Shown piece after piece: positions 7,461 to 17,699 of a stretch of DNA of 64,000 nucleotides. The position numbers and the translations under genes were made by a program. The stretch covers positions 118,150 through 182,149 of the forward strand of contig JAZDKJ010000012.1 in the NCBI GenBank assembly GCA_043803105.1, read 5' to 3'. How positions within the stretch are numbered: the stretch's first letter is position 1; the number at the start of each line of letters is the position of its first letter. The notes beneath the pieces were generated by a model. It worked only from the letters and a program-made list of their open reading frames with translations, had not been told where the DNA came from and searched no databases. The stretch is from Candidatus Woesearchaeota archaeon (GTDB lineage: Archaea; Nanobdellota; Nanobdellia; Woesearchaeales; JAZDKJ01).

Positions 7461-10238
7461 ATGCAACGAGAGTTCAAGTACTATCCAGAGGATTTCAAGC
7501 CCTTGCCAGTCAAGGTCCTGCACATGGATCTAGTGTTTCATGTTTTTGATGATCATACTAATGTCTCTTCTGACTTAAAGTTGTTTTCCTTAAAGGATTT
7601 GAGGGAACTTAGGCTTGATGCCTCAGACCTGAAAATTCTTAGGGTGTCCTGCGACAAGGCAGATCTGACTTTTGAAGTCAAGCCTAAGGACAATAAGCTT
7701 CTATTGAATTTCAAAAATGTTCTTAAGAAAGGTAAAGAATTTGTTATTCATATCGAATCAGTCTGCAGGCCAACCAAAAACATTCTGGAAGGCCTCTATT
7801 ACGATGTCACACCGCAAGGTGCGCCTCCGACAATGATAACCCAATGCCAGCAGTGGGGTTTCCAAAGAATTGTTCCTTGCTTTGATGACAACACAGCAAA
7901 ATGCACTTACATTACCAAGATTATCGCAGACAAGCGCTACACCCACTTGATAAGCAACGGTGATATATTAGTCCCGAGAAAGACCATTGGTAACCGGTCC
8001 GAGATAGTATATGCGAATACAAGGACTCCTATGGCACCTTACCTGTTTTTTCTCGGTGTCGGCACTTATGATGCATTTTCTCGTGAATTTGAGTACCCTG
8101 ACAGCTCAAGGTTCATGCTTGAGTTGCTGGTTTTTCCTGGTTCAAGCAAAGCCTCTGCCAATCAAGCCCTTGACATTCTAGTTCACAGCATTAACTGGAT
8201 TCATGTCTACACAGGTCCAGAATGCTGGAAGGATTTGGAGCAAAGAGATAAATTGTTCAAGCTTATCATGGAAAGAGAACAGTTGAAAACCAAAGGTACT
8301 GACCTGACTAAGATTAGGGAAGAGATTAAGGTTATGGCTTCGAAGTTATCATTGGGCTACAAATACACTGTTACAGTATATCGTGAAATTGCGATGCAGA
8401 ACACCAATTTTGGTGGCATGGAGAACGTGGGCAACACCACAATTACTGGTAACAGGATAATGCCTTCTGAGCACGCTACAGATCCTGCACTGGAGTACAT
8501 GATACGTGTCAAGGTCCATGAGTTTTATCATAATATCAATGGTTCTGAGGTCACATCAAAGACCCCTTTTGAGTTCTGGCTCAACGAAGCTGTCACTGTA
8601 TTTGTTGACCAGGCATATCACGAATTCGTTATGGGCAAGGATTACGCAAGATTGTATGATGTCCTAAGGCTTATTGATCCGACAGCAGGTACTTTCGAAG
8701 AGGATTCTGGCACCCTGTCCATGCCTATAAAAGCCTCAGCCTTCAACAGCCCCAACGAACTTGTCTCTAATGTTGTGTACAGCAAAGCACCTGAGTTTGT
8801 TAGGATGATTAAGCTGATAGTGGGAGAAAAAAACTTCTACGCAGGCCTTGACCTTTACCATAAGCGCTTTATGCACTCCAACGCAACTAGCGACGATTGG
8901 ATTGCTGCCATGGAAGAAGCATCCGGTTTCAAGCTAAAGCAGATGGCTGACTCTTGGCTCACTCAGATTGGTTATCCTAAGGTCTTTGCCAGTCTGAAAA
9001 GCAAAGCTGATACTCTGCAAATTAGCCTTCGCCAGGAAGGTTATTCTAAGATGCCTTGGCAGTTCCCCTTTGATGTTGCAGTCCTTGATGACAAAGGCAA
9101 TACTTGTTGTTCACAAGTCAGATGGGTCAAGAATAAAACTGATAATCTTGTCTTAAAGGGTGTTCCCAAAAACCCTATCGTTTCTATGCATCGAGGCTTC
9201 TCCTTTTACGGCAAGCTTTTTGCAGATCTGCCAATCCAGGACCTCTATATCCAGGCAAGGCTTGATTCAGATATCCTGGCAAAATACATGGCCTTCTACA
9301 AGCTTGCCGACATGCAGAAAATGAGATTGCTAAAAGGTATGGATCTGGACCAGGACTTTGTGGACTTGTATTTCTCATTGTTGGTTTCTGCTGTTGAAAA
9401 AAATGAAGGCAGCCTTTCCCTCAGTATTTCCCCTTCTGTTGATGATGATTCAATGTCTTGCATGTATGAAGAACTTTATAAGGCAAGGCAAAAGATTCTC
9501 TTTGCAGTTGCCAAAAAGAACCAAAAAAAGCTCCTGCATTTTTACGTCGCTCTTGCCAAAAAGAGTTTTGAGGGTGATTTTGTCGAAAAGAACTCTCAAT
9601 ATATGAGATGTCGCCAGTTGAAAAACCTCTGCCTTATGCTTCTCTCAAAGCTTGACACCCAGAAAACTCAGGAGCTTGCAAAGAAGCAGTTTGAGGCCGC
9701 GAAAAACGCCACAGACCGCTATGCGGCATTTGCCTTGTACCTGAACTCTTCTGTTCAAGGCAAACTTTCATTTCTAAGAAGTTTTGAGACGCTCGCTGTC
9801 AAGCACCCAGTCTCTTACGAGATCTTCCTCTCCATAGTCGGTGGTCTCGAATGCGCCGACGCACTTGAACTCATCAAGGTTGTTGAAGCATCTCCTTTTT
9901 TCCATATTGAGGAGGTGAACCATTCCCGCTCTCTCTATCTGAGCTTTGCTTACAATCGAAGAAAGTCTTTGCAGACCTCAGATGGCCTTGAGTTTCTAAA
10001 AGCATCCATAATAAAGTTGTCCAAAGTCAACGAGTATGTTTCCACAGCAATGCTCAAGGTCTTTTCCAGGATTGACTTGATGCAGCCTAACTACCAGCCT
10101 GCATTGGTTGCAGCATTATTAGAAATTAAGGAAAATCTTGTTGAGTCAGAACTGCCCAGTCTTTACAACAGTGTCAGAAGGATTCTCTCAAATTCAAAAA
10201 TCGCAATGAAGGCTTATAATGATAACAAAAGCCAGTAA
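7461..10238 (+). CDS. pepN: M1 family aminopeptidase N
   Basis: 'LEGLY', 'TQCQQWGFQRI', 'GGMEN', HEFYH followed by 'WLNEA', 'VYSKAPE'; start moved to ATG 7461 to avoid overlap. Confidence 0.92.
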   Translation: MQREFKYYPEDFKPLPVKVLHMDLVFHVFDDHTNVSSDLKLFSLKDLRELRLDASDLKILRVSCDKADLTFEVKPKDNKLLLNFKNVLKKGKEFVIHIESVCRPTKNILEGLYYDVTPQGAPPTMITQCQQWGFQRIVPCFDDNTAKCTYITKIIADKRYTHLISNGDILVPRKTIGNRSEIVYANTRTPMAPYLFFLGVGTYDAFSREFEYPDSSRFMLELLVFPGSSKASANQALDILVHSINWIHVYTGPECWKDLEQRDKLFKLIMEREQLKTKGTDLTKIREEIKVMASKLSLGYKYTVTVYREIAMQNTNFGGMENVGNTTITGNRIMPSEHATDPALEYMIRVKVHEFYHNINGSEVTSKTPFEFWLNEAVTVFVDQAYHEFVMGKDYARLYDVLRLIDPTAGTFEEDSGTLSMPIKASAFNSPNELVSNVVYSKAPEFVRMIKLIVGEKNFYAGLDLYHKRFMHSNATSDDWIAAMEEASGFKLKQMADSWLTQIGYPKVFASLKSKADTLQISLRQEGYSKMPWQFPFDVAVLDDKGNTCCSQVRWVKNKTDNLVLKGVPKNPIVSMHRGFSFYGKLFADLPIQDLYIQARLDSDILAKYMAFYKLADMQKMRLLKGMDLDQDFVDLYFSLLVSAVEKNEGSLSLSISPSVDDDSMSCMYEELYKARQKILFAVAKKNQKKLLHFYVALAKKSFEGDFVEKNSQYMRCRQLKNLCLMLLSKLDTQKTQELAKKQFEAAKNATDRYAAFALYLNSSVQGKLSFLRSFETLAVKHPVSYEIFLSIVGGLECADALELIKVVEASPFFHIEEVNHSRSLYLSFAYNRRKSLQTSDGLEFLKASIIKLSKVNEYVSTAMLKVFSRIDLMQPNYQPALVAALLEIKENLVESELPSLYNSVRRILSNSKIAMKAYNDNKSQ

Positions 10239-10269
10239 TGTTTAAAAGTTGCCTTGAGTTCTTATTAGT

Positions 10270-11241
10270 ATGCAGGATTTGATCTCCCAAGCCAATAAGG
10301 TTTACCTGGACAATTTTTCCAATGATACCTACTTTGAGCGCGCCATTTTCTTCAGCTGGTATTGCTCTACTCATGATTGTAAGTTCTGCTACATGTCCAC
10401 CCAGGATGTTGAAAAGAATGCCCGAAGGACGATTCAATCTCTCTTGGCTGAAGTCATCTTGTGCAAGGCCTGCGGTTGGCAAATAGGTTTTGTGTCAGGA
10501 GGGCACGATGCGTATACAACTGTTGAGTTTGAGTCAGTCCTAGGACAACTATCATCTGTCTCTGAAGAAAAGCTTTGGATTAATGTCGGCGCCCTGAACA
10601 AGGTAGAACTCTCGCGATTTCTTCCATACGCCAAAGGTGTCGTAGCCTCAATTGAAACCATTAATCCGAGTGTCCACGATCTTGTCTGCCCCTCAAAACC
10701 AATCGCCCCCTTTGAGCTGATGTTAGAAGCTGCAAGTTCCCTAGGCCTAAAAAAGGCGATGACCATCATCCTTGGAATTGGCGAGAGCATGCATGATTTC
10801 CCATTGTTGGAAAAATTCATCAGCAAGCATGATGTTGACAAGATTCATTTCTACATTCTGAATCCTCAAAAAGGCACTTTTTTTGAGAATGCAAAAAGGC
10901 CTTCTGCAGAATATCAGGCTGAATGGATTGCGAGAACCCGGATCGCTTTTCCAACTATTGACATCCAGGCAGGTATCTGGCTTGATTGCGTGGACAGGGT
11001 TGAATTACTGCTTAAAGCTGGTGCAAATTCAATCAGCAAGTTTCCTGCCATAAGATATTTTGGTTCAATTGAAGCAAAAAAGCTGGAAGATTGTGCACAA
11101 AAAGCTGGAAGAAAGTTTATTGGATCTCTTGTTCATATGCCAGATGAAGATTTCTCCTCTCTCCTTAAGAGAGTTATGCCCAATTTGTTGGAAGCCACCC
11201 GCTCCAAATTGGATATGTATCTTCGTCAGATGGGAAAATAA
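10270..11241 (+). CDS. Radical SAM protein, biotin-synthase-like archaeal family
   Basis: 'WYCSTHDCKFCYM' (CX4CX2C), 'FVSGG', 'LNPQKGT', 'AGANSISKFP'. Confidence 0.8.
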   Translation: MQDLISQANKVYLDNFSNDTYFERAIFFSWYCSTHDCKFCYMSTQDVEKNARRTIQSLLAEVILCKACGWQIGFVSGGHDAYTTVEFESVLGQLSSVSEEKLWINVGALNKVELSRFLPYAKGVVASIETINPSVHDLVCPSKPIAPFELMLEAASSLGLKKAMTIILGIGESMHDFPLLEKFISKHDVDKIHFYILNPQKGTFFENAKRPSAEYQAEWIARTRIAFPTIDIQAGIWLDCVDRVELLLKAGANSISKFPAIRYFGSIEAKKLEDCAQKAGRKFIGSLVHMPDEDFSSLLKRVMPNLLEATRSKLDMYLRQMGK

Positions 11242-11395
11242 CTTTGCCTCTGTGTATTCTTTTCCTGCGAGAAGATACTTAAAGTCAGGTCTTATAGCGA
11301 ATCTCTTTAATTATTGAACAATTGTGAGATTCGCTAGAATAGCAAATTGCATGCCAAAAAGTTCCATTATTTATACGATTTGCTATTAGAAATTC

Positions 11396-12607
11396 TCATT
11401 CATACCTTAGCGAATCCACTGGTTTCTGCTTTGATGCTTGATAGGCTGGAAGAAGTCCTGATAAAGTTCCTACAATGAAGGAAAATGCAAGAGCACCTAC
11501 TATCAAATACCATGGGAAATACGCTTGCAGCAACTTTGATTGTAATGCTGCCGTCGCAACAAGTTGCACGAGGCTTGAAAAGCCCATTCCCAAAAGTACT
11601 CCAATAGCTCCGCCAACCAAACCCAAGATGCCAGACTCAATTAAGAATATTAGCAGTATATCTCTGTTTTGTGCTCCTACAGCTTTTAGGATTCCTATCT
11701 CCTTTGTTCTTTCGAGCACTGCCGTGTACATTGTGTTCATTATTCCGATTGCTCCGACTAAAAGACTTATCAAGGCTATTCCAACAAGTACTCCCTGGAC
11801 AATATTTAGCAATGTGTTGAATGCTGCCATCAGCTCTTCTGCTGTCTGTATTTCAAAATCCTCATTGCCTTCTTTCAGGTTTCTCTCTCTTCTGAGCGCA
11901 CGCTCAATCCTGTCTACCATCACGAGCGGCTCCTCTCCAGGCGAAATCTTTACGTATAGAACACTATATTCAGTACCTCTCAGGTTGTATAGCTCTTTTA
12001 GTGTTTCGAGTGGCATATATACATTTGTATCATCAGAAGGATTGCCAATTATTTCGTAGAATCCTATCACCTGAAACTCCACCTCATTTATTTTGACCTT
12101 GTTTCCAACTTTTAGGTTTTTGTCAAAGATATTCTGGTCAAGAAAGTAATGTCCGAGCACAACTTTGTATTTGTCTCCTGGCTTGATGTTTCTGCCATGC
12201 TCTATTTTATAAGACATGAGCTCATCAATAAGCTTTCTGCTGTTGTCTGTGGGCATTCCTGCAACAACAAAGAATTTGAGCTCATTGTTGAACTCCATTT
12301 GTATTGGTTTGATTGTCATTCCAGCTGCATCAGCTACTCCTGGGACTCCTTTTATGGTGTTAATATCCTTGTCTGATAAAATGACTTTGCTTGTGCCTGG
12401 ACCAAACCCTCCTTTTGGTTGTATTATTATCTTGTCTCTTCCAATCTTTGCAAATTCATCGTTGATATACTTCTGTAATCCCTGGCCAAGGCTGACTAGT
12501 GCCACTACTGCAGCTATTCCAATGAATATGCCTATCATGGTCAGCCAGCTGCGTAGTCGTCTTCTTGTAATATTTCTGATTCCGATTACGAAATAGTCAT
12601 AAATCAT
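11396..12607 (-). CDS. MacB/FtsX-type ABC transporter permease
   Basis: 'RSWLTMIGIFIGIAAVV', 'GIMNTMYTAVLERTKEIGILKAVGA', 'PVDSLRYE'. Confidence 0.93.
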   Translation of the reverse strand: MIYDYFVIGIRNITRRRLRSWLTMIGIFIGIAAVVALVSLGQGLQKYINDEFAKIGRDKIIIQPKGGFGPGTSKVILSDKDINTIKGVPGVADAAGMTIKPIQMEFNNELKFFVVAGMPTDNSRKLIDELMSYKIEHGRNIKPGDKYKVVLGHYFLDQNIFDKNLKVGNKVKINEVEFQVIGFYEIIGNPSDDTNVYMPLETLKELYNLRGTEYSVLYVKISPGEEPLVMVDRIERALRRERNLKEGNEDFEIQTAEELMAAFNTLLNIVQGVLVGIALISLLVGAIGIMNTMYTAVLERTKEIGILKAVGAQNRDILLIFLIESGILGLVGGAIGVLLGMGFSSLVQLVATAALQSKLLQAYFPWYLIVGALAFSFIVGTLSGLLPAYQASKQKPVDSLRYE

Positions 12608-13818
12608 TTTCTTAGTGCATCAACAGGGTGTAATTTTGCTGCCTGCGATGCTGGCAATGTTCCTGCAGCAGTTCCGACAACAAACGAAAATGCCAAAGCT
12701 CCAATTATTAGCCATGGTGAGTATTCTGCTTTGAGCACTCCGCTTCCGAGCATCCATCCCATAACCATAACAATAATCTGGGAAAGAAAGATTCCAAGGA
12801 TTACCCCTATCATTCCGCCAAGCATCCCGATAAGACCTGATTCAATGAAGAACAATTGGAACACTTGGCTGTTCTTTGCTCCTACAGATTTCATTATGCC
12901 AATTTCTTTTCTTCGTTCAAGTACAGCCGTGTACATCGTGTTCATGATTCCCACTCCCCCAACAACTATACTGATAAAGGCTATGCCAACAAGGAACCAC
13001 TGTGCATAGCTCAAGATGCTCTCAAGAGATTGCACTGATTGGGTTGGGGTCTGGACTGTAAAATCCTCTTTTCCCTTCTTGACATTTCTTGATGTTCGGA
13101 GAGTTTTCTTGACATCTTCAGATATTTTATCAATATTCAGGGACTGGTCGACCTGCACAGCCATAATATCAATTTCATCACCTATCGATAAAGTGTCTCT
13201 TAAGACCTTGTCATTCATAAGGACTAGCTGCCCTCCACCAAATGTTCCCAACTTCTTAAGGATTCCAACAATTTCGAATTGTTGTCCATTAATTAGTACC
13301 TTGTCTCCTGCAGCCAAATATTTGGAGAATATTTTTTTTGTTGCATAATCATAGCCAACCAATATTTTGTTTTTGTCATTTACTGAGAGCAGCCTTCCTG
13401 AGGCAAGCTCCAGATGCATGGATTGGACAACCAAATCCCTTGATTTGTCAGTTGGGATATCACTTAAGTAGGCAAATATTTTTTTTCCTCTGTATTCCAT
13501 AGTTGAGACCCTGATAAGTCTCTCTGCAACCATCCTTACGCCAGTAACCCTCCTAATTGCCTCTGCATCACGCTCAGTCAGTGGAGTCACCACTCCGCTT
13601 CCTGGTGGACCGAATTGTATTCCTGAAGCTTGCACTACCAGTTTGTCGCTTCCAGCGCTTGAAAACTGTGAGAGTACTGCCCCTTTTAGTCCTGCTCCAA
13701 GTGATATCAGGCTTACAACTGCAGCTATTCCGATGAATATGCCTATCATTGTGAGCCATGAGCGAATCTTCCTGTTTCTCAGGCTCTTGAAGGCTAGGCT
13801 AAAGTAGTCTAGGAGCAT
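12604..13818 (-). CDS. MacB/FtsX-type ABC transporter permease (paralog)
   Basis: Same motifs: 'GIMNTMYTAVLERRKEIGIMKSVGA', 'PVDALRK'. Confidence 0.93.
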   Translation of the reverse strand: MLLDYFSLAFKSLRNRKIRSWLTMIGIFIGIAAVVSLISLGAGLKGAVLSQFSSAGSDKLVVQASGIQFGPPGSGVVTPLTERDAEAIRRVTGVRMVAERLIRVSTMEYRGKKIFAYLSDIPTDKSRDLVVQSMHLELASGRLLSVNDKNKILVGYDYATKKIFSKYLAAGDKVLINGQQFEIVGILKKLGTFGGGQLVLMNDKVLRDTLSIGDEIDIMAVQVDQSLNIDKISEDVKKTLRTSRNVKKGKEDFTVQTPTQSVQSLESILSYAQWFLVGIAFISIVVGGVGIMNTMYTAVLERRKEIGIMKSVGAKNSQVFQLFFIESGLIGMLGGMIGVILGIFLSQIIVMVMGWMLGSGVLKAEYSPWLIIGALAFSFVVGTAAGTLPASQAAKLHPVDALRK

Positions 13819-13819
13819 T

Positions 13820-15109
13820 CTACTTCTTCTTTCTCTTCTTGAAGAACCTGTATGCGACGAGTCCTGCCACCACTATTACGACCACGAAGATGATGCCTAT
13901 AGTGTTGCTGCCTTGGCTAAGTCCAAGCTTTTCTGCTTGCTCTCCAGTGTATGTCTTTAGCTCCAGGTTGTAGTTTTGGGTGTACTTCTTGTTGTTTGCA
14001 TCCCTGAATTCTATGGTTATCGGCAGGAGTACCTTGTCTTTTACTCCCTTGTTCAAGAAAAGGTCAAACTCCCCTGTTGCATAGTCATCCGAGTCTATGT
14101 TTCCAAGGTATGATACATCAGATGAAAGCACGTCAAAGTCGTTTGTTTTTCTTAGTTGGATGGTCACAAACTTGACCCCCATGCTTCCCTTGTTGATGAA
14201 TTTTATTGTAACCTTTCCTTTGGTGTTTGGCTGGTATATGGTTGAGCTGTCTATGCCTACCACAACATCAGGTTCCTCGCCAACCTTCAGGCTAAAAACA
14301 TTCGTGACAGTGTAGTTTTTTCCCAACTGGTCTGAGAAGCCTAGCACTATTGGCACCTTGTATACCCCTGCCTTTGTATCAGGGTCTGCTATGAGTTCGA
14401 ATGCGAGGTTTGCGCTCTCTCCTATGTCTATGCGAAGCAGTATCTTTTCGTTTGTCGAGCCTATTGGAGAGAAAGGGAGTTCTTCAAAACTCACTGAAGT
14501 GGCTGTCTGTACCTGCTTGATAAGTTGCAGGGTTGCCTTGATGTTCTTGAAATATCCATCTGCCATGTTTTTTAGCCTTATGCTGATGCTTGCCGTCTCC
14601 CCTGGGCCTATCATCTCTGGTATTGATGTTACTGATTCTATTGCAAGGATTGGGTTGCTGCTCTGAATCCTCACCTGGAACGGGTCTAGTGTCCTCCATG
14701 TCTCTCCGTTGTTGACAGAATACCTTACCCTTATCTGGCTGTTTCCCTGTACTGCGCTCTTGTCTATTCTCAGCCTGTAGTGTATCACGTATGCGTTCAC
14801 ACCTATTTGCCTCGCCTCTACCGTGCCTAGGGTTCTTGTTGCATTGTCTCCAGGGTCTAGCGAGAAAGGGAACTCTGGCAGTATCTCGAAAACCACTGCC
14901 TTTGCCTGTTCTGTTCCCACATTTTCAAGCTTAAAGCGGACGTCAACATATCCCCCTGGTTCTGCAGGGTCTGGGTCCTGGTTCACAAAAGTTGCTTGTT
15001 GGCTTGTCGCTGTTGATCCCACGCCTATGTTTGAGTCTGTCAGTTGTGCGCTTACGTATACAGTGCAGGCCAATAGCATAATTACAATAATCCATATTGT
15101 GTTCCTCAT
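13820..15109 (-). CDS. COG1361-type S-layer / Ig-fold surface protein
   Basis: Signal peptide, 'QDPDPAEPG' and repeated beta-sandwich segments, C-terminal TM plus 'KKRKKK'; typical position in archaeal MacB operons. Confidence 0.8.
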   Translation of the reverse strand: MRNTIWIIVIMLLACTVYVSAQLTDSNIGVGSTATSQQATFVNQDPDPAEPGGYVDVRFKLENVGTEQAKAVVFEILPEFPFSLDPGDNATRTLGTVEARQIGVNAYVIHYRLRIDKSAVQGNSQIRVRYSVNNGETWRTLDPFQVRIQSSNPILAIESVTSIPEMIGPGETASISIRLKNMADGYFKNIKATLQLIKQVQTATSVSFEELPFSPIGSTNEKILLRIDIGESANLAFELIADPDTKAGVYKVPIVLGFSDQLGKNYTVTNVFSLKVGEEPDVVVGIDSSTIYQPNTKGKVTIKFINKGSMGVKFVTIQLRKTNDFDVLSSDVSYLGNIDSDDYATGEFDLFLNKGVKDKVLLPITIEFRDANNKKYTQNYNLELKTYTGEQAEKLGLSQGSNTIGIIFVVVIVVAGLVAYRFFKKRKKK

Positions 15110-15111
15110 GT

Positions 15112-15801
15112 TTATCCTCCTAGGCTCTTTACAGCCTCTCCGTCTTTCAGGTAAATGATCCTGTCAGCGTATTTGGTTTTGGTTGGATCGTGCGAGACCA
15201 TCACGATTGTTTTTCCCTCTTTGTTGAGCTTTTTCAGGAAGTCCATTACCACTATTCCTGTTTTTGAGTCAAGGTTTCCTGTTGGCTCGTCTGCCAGTAT
15301 CACCTCAGGGTCATTGCATAATGCCCTTGCAATCGCAACCCTCTGCTGTTGCCCCCCTGATAGTTCTGTTGGTTTGTGGTTCATTCTATCTGAGAGCTCC
15401 ACCATTTCCAGCAATTGTTTTGCCTTCTCTGTCCTTTTATCTTTCTGTGTGCCCTGGAATATCATAGGTAACATTACATTTTCTAATGCTGTTAGCGTGT
15501 TTATCAGGTTGAATGTTTGGAAGATGAATCCGATTTTCCTCCCTCTTATTTGGGCAAGGCTGCTTTCTGTTAGGTGCGAGATGTTTTTTCCTTCAAGGTA
15601 GATTGTCCCCTTGGTTGGCACATCAAGGCATCCTACCATGTTCATTGCTGTTGATTTCCCTGAACCGCTAGGACCAAGTATTGCAACAAATTCTCCTTTT
15701 TTTATGTCCAGGCTAAGTCCCTGTAGCGCGTTAACCTCCACCTGCCCGATTAGGTATATTTTCCAGACGTCCTCCAGTTTGATTATTGATTCCTTGCTCA
15801 T
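15112..15801 (-). CDS. ABC transporter ATP-binding protein (MacB/LolD type)
   Basis: GPSGSGKST, LSGGQQQRVAIARAL, ADEPTGNLD. Confidence 0.95.
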   Translation of the reverse strand: MSKESIIKLEDVWKIYLIGQVEVNALQGLSLDIKKGEFVAILGPSGSGKSTAMNMVGCLDVPTKGTIYLEGKNISHLTESSLAQIRGRKIGFIFQTFNLINTLTALENVMLPMIFQGTQKDKRTEKAKQLLEMVELSDRMNHKPTELSGGQQQRVAIARALCNDPEVILADEPTGNLDSKTGIVVMDFLKKLNKEGKTIVMVSHDPTKTKYADRIIYLKDGEAVKSLGG

Positions 15802-16304
15802 TTCATCTGCCTCAATTCCCTTACCGCCTTTCTTAGTATTATCTTGATGTGTTCCTTGTGTTGATTAATCCTGTTATTCTTGTAGAGTTCGTACAGGGTT
15901 ATCCTCAAGTCATTGATCTCGCAGCTCACCTCGCTTAGCGGTACCTTGCCATTCTTCGCATGCTCAAGCATTTCCACAGTGAAGCTCATATCCTTGCTGC
16001 CGTGAAAAGAGCCCAGAACTTTCAGGCCTTCTATTATCTTGTCAACGAACTCGTTTCTTTTCGTAGACAATAAGTTATAGAATTTTCTGCCCTTTGCGGT
16101 TATGCTGTAGACTTTCTTCCTTCCACTCCTTTTTACTGTTAAATAATCCTGCCTGAGCAGATCCTCGAGCAATGGATAGATGCTTCCCGAGCTTGGTTTC
16201 CAGCTGCCAGTCTGCTCCTGTATGCTTTTTATTAGCGAGTATCCTGACATTGCCTGCTCTGATAGCGTCTTTAGCACAATGCATCTTAATTGTCCGGTTA
16301 TCAT
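15798..16304 (-). CDS. PadR-family transcriptional regulator
   Basis: 'MSGYSLIKSI', 'WKPSSGSIYPLL', 'RKKVYSITAKG'. Confidence 0.9.
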   Translation of the reverse strand: MITGQLRCIVLKTLSEQAMSGYSLIKSIQEQTGSWKPSSGSIYPLLEDLLRQDYLTVKRSGRKKVYSITAKGRKFYNLLSTKRNEFVDKIIEGLKVLGSFHGSKDMSFTVEMLEHAKNGKVPLSEVSCEINDLRITLYELYKNNRINQHKEHIKIILRKAVRELRQMK

Positions 16305-16313
16305 TGTCCTTGA

Positions 16314-16343
16314 TATGTCTTATCCGATATATCGCTTCCGATA
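16314..16343. promoter_or_regulatory. Putative PadR operator (tandem palindromes)
   Basis: TATCG-CTTC-CGATA (16330-16343) plus imperfect copy TATGTC-TTATC-CGATA, just upstream of the padR start. Confidence 0.55.
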
Positions 16344-16420
16344 CGCTTTTTAAAACTTTGCTATTTCTGCTACATAAGGGCCTTCTAATTCCATAAAGCA
16401 TTTAAATCAGGAAATAATCC

Positions 16421-17023
16421 ATGGTCGTGATGGCAAACCGGCTGTGGAAAAGACTGAAGGCGAAGAAGCAATTGTGGTTGAGCCTTTTCATAGCAGTAAT
16501 CATGGTCTTTTCAGCCTTTGGTGTCATCTTTTACGGTTTTGCTGATTCATCTGACATTTATCGCTACAATGGTTATAAGTTTACTCCTACAACTACCGGG
16601 TTGTTGGTAAAGGTCCAAGGCAAGCAATTTGTGGTGGGTTCACTGCCGCAGGACCTTGTCTCAATAAACCTTAGCACTGCAGTTGCCAATCAACTTAGGC
16701 AGGTAAAAATGTTGTACCTTACCTATGATCCAAATTCAACCTCTGTGCAGGACATTGCTGCTGTAGAGTTCCAGTTGAAATCTGACCTCGCCAACCTGGG
16801 GATTTATGCAGCCCCTGCGTTTACAAAGACAAATGAGTTCAATCTGCCTGTCATCACTTGCTTGAACGCAACCCAATTTGTTCCAGTAATTGAGTTTCGT
16901 GATGCAAATAAGACTTCTGCAGCCTTCGATAATGGCTGCATTGTGCTCAATGCCGCTTATCTTGATGATTTCTCGCGGTTGAAGGACCGTCTTTTATTGG
17001 GTATGCTTGGTGTGATGAACTAA
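16421..17023 (+). CDS. Membrane-anchored hypothetical protein
   Basis: N-terminal TM; 'YNGYKF', 'YLTYDP', 'PVITC', 'GCIVLN', 'DRLL'; paralog of next gene. Confidence 0.75.
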   Translation: MVVMANRLWKRLKAKKQLWLSLFIAVIMVFSAFGVIFYGFADSSDIYRYNGYKFTPTTTGLLVKVQGKQFVVGSLPQDLVSINLSTAVANQLRQVKMLYLTYDPNSTSVQDIAAVEFQLKSDLANLGIYAAPAFTKTNEFNLPVITCLNATQFVPVIEFRDANKTSAAFDNGCIVLNAAYLDDFSRLKDRLLLGMLGVMN

Positions 17024-17024
17024 A

Positions 17025-17699
17025 ATGGATGCTGAAGAAAGACCTGAGGAAAAAAAGGGTGGCAAGACTTTCCTTATTGCCCTGGCTATAATTATTGTGG
17101 TAGTGGCTGTGCTTCTGCTGGCTATAAAGCAATTCAGGCCGCAGCCGAAGACCTTAGACCAGATGCTTGATGATACTCTTAATGGAAAGTTTGGGCCTGA
17201 CAACTACCTGTACAACAATTATGCCTTTGTCAGGTCTAACGGTTTGTGGGTCACTCGCTGGCAGAAGAATGGAAATATCTACACCATTCCCTTAAGGTTT
17301 GGTCCTCTTGAGCTTGAGAACCTGACAATTGTTGGTGACCTTGATAAGCGCTTTGACCCGAAGAACTTATACATAACCTTTGATCCGACTGCCGAGCCCC
17401 TTGGCTATGTTGCTTTGGGTGCTGCAGAACTTAGTATCAATCTTGCGACAGCGCTTGATACTGCTCCCATTGCTGCCTGCATTAAGAATGAGACAGTTGC
17501 CTGTGCTACGCGCCCTATCGTCTCATGTCAGGACAATGACAAGGCAGTTATTTTCATTAGGGAGTCGAATGAGACTGCAGTCATCCTGAATGGCAACTGC
17601 ATAGTCATCCAAGGTGAGGGCATGAATCTTTTAAAGGCTGTAGATAGAGTTCTTTACATCTGGTATGGTATAATGCCGCGCGGTATTATACCTCAGTAA
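17025..17699 (+). CDS. Membrane-anchored hypothetical protein (paralog of previous)
   Basis: N-terminal TM; 'YNNYAF', 'YITFDP', 'PIVSC', 'NCIVIQ', 'DRVL'. Confidence 0.75.
   Translation: MDAEERPEEKKGGKTFLIALAIIIVVVAVLLLAIKQFRPQPKTLDQMLDDTLNGKFGPDNYLYNNYAFVRSNGLWVTRWQKNGNIYTIPLRFGPLELENLTIVGDLDKRFDPKNLYITFDPTAEPLGYVALGAAELSINLATALDTAPIAACIKNETVACATRPIVSCQDNDKAVIFIRESNETAVILNGNCIVIQGEGMNLLKAVDRVLYIWYGIMPRGIIPQ

Noticed and set aside
11320-11398. Imperfect inverted repeat AATAGCAAAT/ATTTGCTATT between convergent genes
   Set aside because: Long loop, AT-rich and single copy; at most a terminator-like structure.
11475-15847. Many long antisense ORFs over the ABC operon (likewise over valS, por and ABCE1)
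   Set aside because: Shadow frames of well-supported genes on the opposite strand.
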